DNA from: Scyliorhinus canicula
Lineage: Eukaryota
Length of the DNA stretch: 64,000 bases
Direction of reading: 5' to 3'
Assembly: GCF_902713615.1 (NCBI RefSeq)
Contig: NC_052174.1
Location: forward strand, 11,898,514-11,962,513
In this document: piece by piece, positions 49,276-59,100 of the stretch
How positions within the stretch are numbered: position 1 is the stretch's first letter
How the letters are laid out: each line of letters starts with the position of its first letter
The notes under the pieces: generated by a model
The model's input: only the letters and a program-made list of their open reading frames with translations
What the model was told of the DNA's origin: nothing
The model's database searches: none
Translations under genes and position numbers: made by a program

Positions 49276-49846
49276 TGACCGAAATCCCTTCTGTAGTCCA
49301 GCCAAGTACAACTCGTGCTCCTCCACCTCTTCCCCATGAAACCATTCCAGCTGAGCACACACAAAAGTGCTCTGTACCAGTCCTGCAATTGACTCCTCAC
49401 ATTTTCAGACTCACCCGGGCGTCCCATTTTTCTTCCTCCCCTGTGGCTGACATTCACCCCACCCCAGAAGACACCCGACCCTCACAGCCCCATTAAACAA
49501 GGATTGCGAAATCTGGGAAGGGACTACTCCACACAAAAATAATTCAGAGAGGTTGTAATGTACTACATTTGGTTTTTGTTCCTGTTTGGGGGAAGGGAAT
49601 CGGGTAGTAATAAGAATAACGGACGCTACCTTAAACTCCCCTCCAGAATGAACTCCATGCTACTTTTCTATCTGGCACTCCTCTTCCCAGAATGGTCACA
49701 ACAACCCCGGATTCCGGAGGTCACACCAATTGAAGAGCAGAAGATTAGTCTCTGATATCCCGGATACATGTGGTTCAGCCCACCGGACGGAGGCGAGTGT
49801 GAGAATGGTACCCTCTGATTAATGCTCCCGAAGGACCACCCTCACT

Positions 49847-50186
49847 AGAACATAGAACAGTACAGCACAGTACAGGCCCTTCAGCCCACGATGTTATGCC
49901 GACCATTTATCCTATTCTAAGATCAACCTAACCTACACCCCTTCAATTTACTGCTGTCCATGTGCCTGCCTAAGAGTCGCTTAAATGTCCCTAATGACTC
50001 TGACTCCACCACCTCTGCCGGCAGTGCATTCCACACACCCACCACTCTCTGTGTAAAGAACCTCCCTCTGACATCCCTTCCTCCAATCACCTTCAAATTA
50101 TGTTGCCTCGTGACAGCCATTTCCACCCTGGGGGAAAGTCTCTGGCTATCCACTCTATCCATGCCTCTCATCACCTTGTACACCTC
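49847..50186 (-). mobile_element. CR1/HER1 3' end
   Basis: EVYKVMRGMDRVDSQRL..FFTQRVVGVWNALP; tail. Confidence 0.88.
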
Positions 50187-50311
50187 TGATTGGTGGGCAC
50201 ATATCAACCAGGGGTGCATGGAGCTGGCATGCCCAGTTGAGAAGTTGCGAAGAATAAGAGGCGGCCTTATTGAGACATCTCGGATTCTCAGGGGGTTTGA
50301 CAGGGTCGATG

Positions 50312-50720
50312 CTGAGAGGTTGTTTCCCCGTGTGGGAGAGTCTGGGACCAGAGGGCAGAATCTCAGAGTGAGGGGAGATTCTGAGAGGATGTTTCCCCGT
50401 GTGGGAGAGTCTGGGACCAGAGGGCAGAATCTCAGAGTGAGGGGAGATTCTGAGAGGATGTTTCCCCGTGTGGGAGAGTCTGGGACCAGAGGGCAGAATC
50501 TCAGAGTGAGGGGAGATTCTGAGAGGATGTTTCCCCGTGTGGGAGAGTCTGGGACCAGAGGGCAGAATCTCAGAGTGAGGGGAGATTCTGAGAGGATGTT
50601 TCCCCGTGTGGGAGAGTCTGGGACCAGAGGGCAGAATCTCAGAGTGAGGGGAGATTCTGAGAGGATGTTTCCCCCGTGTGGGAGAGTCTGGGACCAGAGG
50701 GCAGAATCTCAGAGTGAGGA
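50312..50720 (+). repeat. 69-bp minisatellite, 6 copies
   Basis: Unit CTGAGAGGATGTTTCCCCGTGTGGGAGAGTCTGGGACCAGAGGGCAGAATCTCAGAGTGAGGGGAGATT at 69-nt spacing. Confidence 0.95.
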
Positions 50721-50916
50721 GGGGGGGTGGAGCCCATTTCAGACAGAGATGAGGAGGAATTTCTTCTCTCAGAGGGGAGTGAATCTGTGGAATTCTTTAC
50801 CGCAGAGAGCTGTCGAGGCCGGGACGTTAAGTATGTTCAAGACCGAGATAGATTGTTAATCAGTGAAGGGATCGAGGGTTAAGGCGGGAAAGTGGAGTTG
50901 AGGATTATCACATCAG

Positions 50917-51614
50917 GGGCGGGATTCTCCCCTACCCGGCGGAGCAGGCAGTCCTGGCACCGAGGAATGGTGTAAACCACTCCGGCGTCAGGCCACCCGG
51001 AAGGTGCGGAATCCTCTGCACCTTCAGGGGCTAGGCCGGCGGCGGCGTGGTTGGGGTCGCGCCAACCGGCAGCGAAGGGCCTCCGCTGGCCGGCGCGAGT
51101 TGGCGCATGCGTGCGAGCACCAGCGTGTGCTGGCGTCATCCCAGCGCATGCGCAGGAGGGTTCGTCTCCGCACGGCCATGGCGGAGGTTGACAGCAGCCG
51201 GTGCGGAGGGAAAGAGTGCCCCCATGGCACAGGCCCGCCCGCGGATCAGTGGGCCCTGATCGCAGGCCAGGCCACCGTGGGGACACCCCCCGAGGTCAGA
51301 TCCCCCCCCCCCCCCGAGGACCCCGGAGGCCACCCGCAGAGCCAGGTCCCGCCGGTAAGTACCAGGTCTAATTTACGTCAGCGGGACCTGCCTAAAACAG
51401 GCGGCCGCTTGGCCCATCGCAGGCCGGAGAATCGGCAGGGGGTCTGCTTCTTGCAGCCGCTGACCGGCGCAACGCGATTTCCGCCCCTGTCAAAACCCCA
51501 GCGCCAGAGAATTCGGCAGCCGGCAGGGGCGAGATTCAGGCCTCCCCCCCCCCCCCCCCCCCCCCTCCCCGCCAGTGATTCTCCGACTCGGCAGGGGGTC
51601 CGAGAATCCCACCC
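50917..51614. mobile_element. GC-rich MITE (Harbinger-like), full length
   Basis: TIRs GGGCGGGATTCTCC / CGAGAATCCCACCC; preceded by CAG; AGCGCATGCGCAG centre. Confidence 0.78.
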
Positions 51615-52984
51615 TCGATCAGTCATGGTCTTATTGGCCCGATGGGCCGAATGGCCTAACTTCTGTTCTTGCAGCTTGTGACTAAATGTTGTAACAGTAG
51701 CTACGATCACATAATTACATTGTGGGTTCCTCATTCCGGGTTTATAAGAAGCGGCAGTAAATTTGCCAACACATCTCCCCCTCTGTTGTGGCCCAGTTGT
51801 TACATGGGAGACCAGCAGCACCAAACCTACCTGCAACCAACCAGGGATGTCCAAAGTTTAAAAAGGAATCCAACGGAATGGGGTCTGAAAGAGCTGAGCA
51901 GCTGACTGCCCTCCTTTGCTTCTTCGAGCAGAAGGAGGTTGGTTTGTGGATCAAAACAGGAAGTGGTAAGAAGGAACCGAACGACAGTCCAAGGGAGGGC
52001 AGTCGAACTGAGCCCTTCCTCCTTGTGCCACACCCAACTACAGAAGAACACTGTGTGTGGTTTCTCGAAGATGGTCAATTCGCCGCACCCCCCCCCCCCC
52101 TCCGCCAAAAAAGGACGTCAAAGCTTTCAGAAGATAGCACCTCTGGGCGAAATAAGTGGTTCTGAGATCAACTGGGACCAATTAAATTTAAAATGCATTG
52201 CAAAAAGTCACCCCAGATCTGATTAGCAGTAACCACTCTATCTCGTTCACCAGAGTCTTGACACTTAGCTCGCGCAGAAGAGCAGTTATCACAGCTGGAG
52301 GAACTGGTGGCTGCCCCAGTTCTGGTGTCACTGGTTAGTGAGTGCGGAGACCCTGTGTCGTGCTCTGGGACCTGGGTTCGAACCCTGCCATATTGGAAAT
52401 ATACCACCCGTTCCTTCACTGTCGCTGGGTCGAAATCCTGGAAGTCCCTCCCTAACAGCACAGTGGGTGTGCCTACTCCACAGGGACTGCAGCGGCTCAA
52501 GAAGGCGGCTCACCCACCACCTTCCCGAGGGGCAATGAGGGATGGGCAGATGGATCCAACCAGCGACCCCCACCCACACCCCGTAAATTGATTAAAAAAT
52601 ATATCTTTTAGTTTGCAAGCTCCGTATCAAAGAATAAAGAGATGCGTAATTTTGATGAGGTTTATTGCTTACAAAGAGATTTTTTACAGTTGTGAATAAT
52701 CCTATCAAATAATGTTCTGCTCAGAATTATGCTAAATTATGGGTAATGCAAATTAGACTCTGGTAACATTATTCAGATTAATAGTCAACGTGGCCAATCA
52801 GAATAATGATCTGGGATGAGTAAAACAAACTCAGTGTGAACACAAATATTCATTTTGCTCTAGTCGAGTTTCTCCTTGTGACACAGCAGGGAAGCCGGCA
52901 GTCGCCACGGTTACGAGATGCAAAGAGCAGGGCGCACGTTTTGGACCACAGCTTCTCAAGAGCCCTGCTACCTCCTTCGGTGTC

Positions 52985-53163
52985 TCACAGCATCTCTCTT
53001 AGCTTGTGATACTCCCAGTACCTCAATAAGGTCAGGATCAGATAGGTGACATAAGAGCCCAGGTGGGTGTAGAGAGCGAAAAGGTACAGGGTTTTGTCAC
53101 AGTATTCAGGCGAGTTCAGACTTTCGTAATTTGGCTGATGGATGGAGTAGATGAGTAGGTTCC
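52985..53163 (-). CDS. TMEM272-like copy C, last exon
   Basis: GNLLIYSIHQPNYESLNSPEYCDKTLYLFALYTHLGSYVTYLILTLLRYWEYHKLREML*; AATAAA on the minus strand at 52661-52666. Confidence 0.8.
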
Positions 53164-56100
53164 CTGTGTTAAAATGGAAGAAAAGGAAAGAGTTAAAGTT
53201 TGTTTGCATGTGCCTGCAGGGGGTGGGGGGGGGGGGGGGGGCGTTCCAAAAAAATACACTGACTGCAGCGCTGGTCCTAACTGGGCAAGTCCCTCCTCAT
53301 GCTGACTGGCGGTTGAGAGGCGTGGACCTCCACTCGTCCTACCCTAGGTGGAGAGTTCCGCACACATTCAAGTGTACACTCATTCTTGGCTACCTATTCT
53401 ATTGCTAAATTAGGGCATCGCGGTGGCTCAGTGGTTAGCACTGCTGCCCCACGGCGCCGAGGACCCGTTGTTCGATCCCGGCTCTGGGTCACAGTCCCTG
53501 CGGAGTTTGCACATTCTCCCCGCGTGTGGGTCTCACCCCCACAACCCAAAAATATGCGCAGGGTAGCTGGGTTGGCCACGCTAAATTGCCCCCTAATTGG
53601 AAAAAAAATTGGGTACTCTAAATTTAGTGTTTCGAGAGGCGGGGGTGAAGGCTCTTGGTTAAGAAAGACGTACGCAACTCTTCCATTTTAGTTGTTTGCC
53701 ACCAAGAGAAAAAACGTAGAGGTGCCGTGCTCCTAAAAACAGAGCGGATGGTTTATTCCGAAATGTCGCTTCTACTGGGCGAACTCCCCACAGCTTACGC
53801 AAATACTTTGTTGGCATCACTGAAGGTCATGTGACCTACCACCAGCAGGCAATGCTACCTGAATACATAGCACCCCTCCCCCTTTGCTCCTTTCTAACCA
53901 ATAACTTTTCCTTTTGAACACTTGAACACCAGACCCAACTAAATATTAATTGCATTTCACCATGATGCCATCTATACATATCTACATGAGGCATAGTGTC
54001 TTTGGAGGATGTCCAAGAATCTGGCTGTTTGAGATGACGGAGGTGCCTTCCTGTTCACTTGTTGGTGCTCCTTGTTGAGAAACTAACTGGCTGTCCGTCT
54101 CTGTTGGTACTGATGATTTTTCAGGGACAGATTCAGGGATATCCTCTGTAGTATATCTCGGTTCTGATATATCACTGCCAATATATGCCAATGTGAACAC
54201 TTCTGGTGAAGACTCAGTATATTCGCATCCCGAAGCTAGTGTTACGGTCACATGGTCAGCTCGCAACAGTGGCTAAGAGACTGGAACAAATGCCATAACC
54301 TTTTTAAAGGTTTAATGTGGTGCGATTGGTTCCAGCAGTGATAAAAAATAGGGCTTGGTTATTTTATAAACAAGTTTTATTACAACGAAAGAAATGAAAA
54401 CAATATTTAAATTTTTACTTCAGTTCTAGCGTTAACAGATTACATGCAGTTTCTTAACCTTAGCACACTAGTTCCCATTAAACATCACTTTATGCAGTTA
54501 TCCTTCTGTTAGGGACACCTATTCAAACCCTTTTCCAAACCCTGCCTCGGTGGCAACTTTCATGGCCTCTCTGGTTGATTTCTACAGCCTTCTGTCTGTA
54601 ACTGTTCAAAACAACGTTTCTTCTCTCTCTCTCTCTCTCTGAGCTCCGCACAGCCCCTCAAACAAAGGTTCTCCCCTGAGGCGGCCAGACTTGAATCCAT
54701 TATCGTTATCTTGGATGTCTGATTTCTCACTCCCGATTCTACAGAAAAACAGAGCTATGCCACTCATTCATATACAACTAACCTTCCATTGACAAATAGG
54801 TCAGCGAACTATGTGATGGGCTAATGGTTGGTCAAATAAGGTTGCCCCGAATGGCAATGGATCTTGAGTGGATCATCCTGACTGAACCAGGATATCCTGT
54901 GTATTTCCGTTAACGAGGTTAAGTCTCAATGGGACAAGATAACTCAGGGCATTGTAAAACCCTCTGATTCTTTTCTCTCAATCTGCTTAACCCCTAAATT
55001 GCCTGCTGCATTTTGGAACCCCATTTTTGGACTCAGGTTCCTAATATCTCCCGATCATGACATGAGTAATTTATCAGCATAACGTTGCCAGACTCTTTCA
55101 TTGTCCATCTGAATGGTGTGAGAAATCAGACCTGTCTTTTCTGGGATTATGGCTGGTGTCCACTTTTCATTTGTTGTGTATCTCCGAGTTAATACTCGTT
55201 CTCCTTGGTTGAGGAGACTCTTTGAGTCTCTCGGATAACGTGGAGGGGCAACTCCGCTTTTGAAATGAAATTAAATGAAAATCGCTTATTGTCACAAGTA
55301 GGCTTCAATGAAGTTACTGTGAAAAGCCCCTAGTCGCACATTCCGGTGCCTGTCCGGGGAGGCTGGTACGGAAACCTGGTGCCTGTAAACGTCCACATTC
55401 ACCATGATGCATCCCTTTAGTGGTATGACCTCTTCTGTGTTCATCCTTAGGACAACGTCTGATGATTGGAAAGGTAGATGTTTTAGATTCTGACTGTACG
55501 TTATCTCAGGTACTAGCGTGCCGGAATGTGGCGACGAGGGGCTTTTCACAGTAACTCCATTGAAGCCTACTTCTGACAATAAGTGATTATTATTATTATT
55601 ATTATATTGCAGCGCCGGTATCCACTTGCAGCTCGATAGCGTTCCCATCAAATTTGGGGGAAATGAAGCCTTGCTGACCCCCTTGTGCTGAGAAGACATT
55701 TAGCTTGAATACTTGAGGATGACTTGGCACATTGTCCCTCAGTGAGTGAACTCCCTAATAGCCCACGCAGACCCGTTGCTGACGTCACGACAGATCTCGT
55801 GATTTTTGAATTCAACAGAAACCTGGAATTGAAAGTCTAATGATATTTCGAAAACCATCGTGGATGGGGCGCCGATAAAAATGAAGGCTTTGTTCATGGT
55901 GCCGTCAAGTTTCCGGCAGCGAGTGTTCCATACAACTCTTGACTTGTACCTTGCAGGTGGCAGAGAGGCTCCAGGTAGAGAGCAACCCCACAGATCTATT
56001 GATAAACCTGCACAATAAACACTGGATGGCCTTGAACTGGATAACTGTGTCCAGCTTTGCAAAGGCGCTTTGCAAAGGCAGGAGGGCATTTGAGGGAAGG

Positions 56101-59100
56101 CAGAAAGCTTCACGACAATGGGCCCAGGGATGGTGAATTTCAGTTCCGGCGCTGGATTGCAGAAGTTGGAGTTGTATTCCTCGGAGAAGTCAAAGACGGG
56201 AAAAGGCTCAGAATCATGAGGAAATAAGGAGGATTGTCCCCACTGGTGGGGAAGGGCTGAGAACCAATTTAAGGTGATTGGCCAAACGAGATGTGGTTGG
56301 TGCCGCTGATCATATCGCTGAATGTCCATAAGACCATAAGACAAAGGAACAGAATTAGGCCATTCAGCCCATCGAGTCTGCTCCACCATTCCATCATGGC
56401 TGATATTTTTCTCATCCCCATTCTCCTGCCTTCTCCCCATAACCCCTGATCCCCTTATTAATCAAGAGCCTATCTATCTCTGTCTCAAAGACACTCAGTG
56501 ATTTGGCCTCCACAGCCTTCTGCGGCAAAGAGTTCCACAGATTCCCCACCCTCTGGCTGACAAAATTCCTCCTCATCTCTATTTTAAAGGATCATCCTTT
56601 TAGTCTGAGATGGTGTCCTCTGGTTCTAGTTTTTGCTGCAAGTAGAAATATCCTCTCCACGTCCACTCTATCCAGGCCTCGCAGTATCCTATAAGTTTCA
56701 AAAGATCCCCCCCTCATCGATCTAAACTCCAACGAGTACAGACCAAGAATCCTCAACCGTTCCTCATACGACAAGTTCTTCATTCCCGGGATCATTCTTG
56801 TGAACCTCCTCTGAACCCTTTCCAAGGCCAGCACATCCTTCCTTAGGTACAGAGCCCAAAACTGCTCACAATACTCCAAATGGGGTCTGACCAGAGCCTT
56901 ATACAGCCTCAGAAGTACAACCCTGCTCTTGTATTCTAGCCCTCTCGACATGAATGCTAACATTGCATTTGCCTTCCTAACTGCCGACTGAACCTGCACA
57001 TTAACCTTAAGAGAATCGTGAACAAGGACTCCCAAGGACTTTGAGCTTCTGCTTTCCGAAGCATTTCCCCATTTAGAAGATAGTCTGTGCCTCCATTCCT
57101 CCTTCCAAAGTGCATAACCTCACACTTTTCCACATTGTATTCCATCTGCCACTTCATTGCCCACTCTCCTAGCCTGTCCACATCCTTCTGCATCCCCCTT
57201 GCTTCCTCAATACAATTCAATTCAAGATGATTAGTAGGCTCTCACTAGTTGGCGACACCATTCCTTGTCGATATGTAACACAAATGTTACTTTCCACCCA
57301 ACAGCTTAAGCGTGAACTGTTGTCCAGGTCTGGTTGCTTGCCAGCACATAATGTTTACTTATAACTGGAGTTAACAGCCGTTAACAACACAAACTGTTCC
57401 ATCTGAATAAACTAGAGAAGTTGATTAGATGCTGATAGGAGCAATATTCTGGCGCATGTGCAGAACAGCCGGCGTGTTCTTGCGCATGCGCAGTGGGTTT
57501 CTTCTCCGCGCCGGCCATGGCGGAGCCTTACAGAGGCTGGCACGGAAAGAAGGAGTGCCCCCACGGCACAGGCCCGCCCGCAGATCGGTGGGCCCCGATC
57601 GCAGGCCAGGCCACCGTGGGTGCCCCCCTCCGGGACCGGATCCCCCCCCCGCACCCCCCTGAGGACCTCACCCGCCGGCCTACCAGCCAGGACCCGCCTT
57701 GCGGTACCATGTCCATTTCACGTCGGCGGGACTGCCCGAAAACAAGACGGCCGCTCGGCCCATCGGGGCCCGGTGAATTGCCGGGGGGGACCGCTGCCAA
57801 CGGCCCTCGACCGGCGTGACGGGAATCCCGACCCGCCTGAAAACCGGCGGCGGACAATACGGCAGCCGACGTCAGAGCGGCGGAGCAGGATTCAGCTGCC
57901 CCCCCCCCCGGGGATTCTCCGACACGGTGGGGGGGGTTTGAGAACCCCGCCCCCTGTGTCCATGTGTTTACATTGTGTATTTATTGTGGATTCACGCTTT
58001 ACAATCGAGAAGAGGCAATGTGCGTTGAGGTACCTGCAGCAAACAGGAGAAAGTTGGCAGGCTCTGGGACGTATTCCCACCGTTCATGAAACGAGTGAGA
58101 CAGGCTGACTGAACGCCACCCTCCCGACCTGTCCCAACCGTCTGGAGTCTGCGGAATAAGCGAAATCATTGTAAAGACGAGATCACAGGTTCCACAGGTG
58201 ACCAGGTAGAAAGGAAGGGACCTCGCCTTGGTGCAAGAGCCAGGATAGGTGATACCTGTAAGAGAGAACGAGAGTGATGCAACGTACTTCATACCGACTG
58301 ATTGGAAAACTCCCGCAATCTGATGTATATCTTTGCTGACTTTATTCCCAACCCGTAAGGACCCTCCCCCCCAACCCCCTCCCGTTCAGGCTTTGGGCCT
58401 GAGTAGACTGGATTCCAACAGCTACCCTCTAGGATCTTCGAGAGACTCCAGGGCTGGTTTAGCACACTGGGCTAAATCTCTGGCTTTGAAAGCAGACCAA
58501 GACAGGCTAGCAGCACGGTTCAATCCCCGTACCAGCCTCCCCGAACAGGTGCCGGAATGTGGCGACTAGGGGCTTTTCACAGTAACTTCAATTTGAAGCC
58601 TACTCGTGACAATAGGCCATTTTCATTTCATTTCAAGACGGTAACCATGTAGTGGAGGCCCTTGTGACCCAGTGGGTACCTGCCCTGTGTCCTCGTACAA
58701 GTCTCAAAGCCTTGGGCAGAGTCAAAGATGTTCGACCTCGATATTCTCCGACAGGGGAAATTGTTGGCGTGAACATCTGAAACTAAATTGCCTCCACGTC
58801 GGGCGGGACCCAGCCTGGCTCATTACCCTCTCCTCCAACTCACCTTTCTACCAGTCTCCTTTCTGTTCCCTTGGCCTCCAATTCCGCCAGCAATGATTGC
58901 CCATTTCAAAATGTCTGCCCCTTCCCGAACTTGCCCTTTCTGGTCGGTGACATCCATTTTGGGGCGTGCGTTGACTCACGAGGGCAACACCCTGTCCCTT
59001 GCCCCGGTCTGCCTGTCTGGCCTGCACCATCCGTTAGGCTGGCGGCCCGGTTATGATCAAATCATATCTTCCTCCGCCACACCCAAAGCCCCTCCCCTGC

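Larger units (their letters stand above)
50240..51672 (+). mobile_element. CR1 3' end containing a minisatellite and a MITE insertion
   Basis: RGGLIETSRIL..FFSQRGVNLWNSLP; the tail resumes at 51618. Confidence 0.82.

Noticed and set aside
50312-50720. CRISPR-like array (also considered at 16630-17080 and 59704-59840)
   Set aside because: Contiguous tandem units with no unique spacers, no cas genes, vertebrate DNA.
49960-50859. 299-aa repeat protein ORF
   Set aside because: Chimera of antisense CR1, sense CR1 and a 69-bp minisatellite.
55739-56440. 233-aa ORF
   Set aside because: Starts in a CR1 3' tail and runs through degenerate repeat sequence; no recognisable domain.
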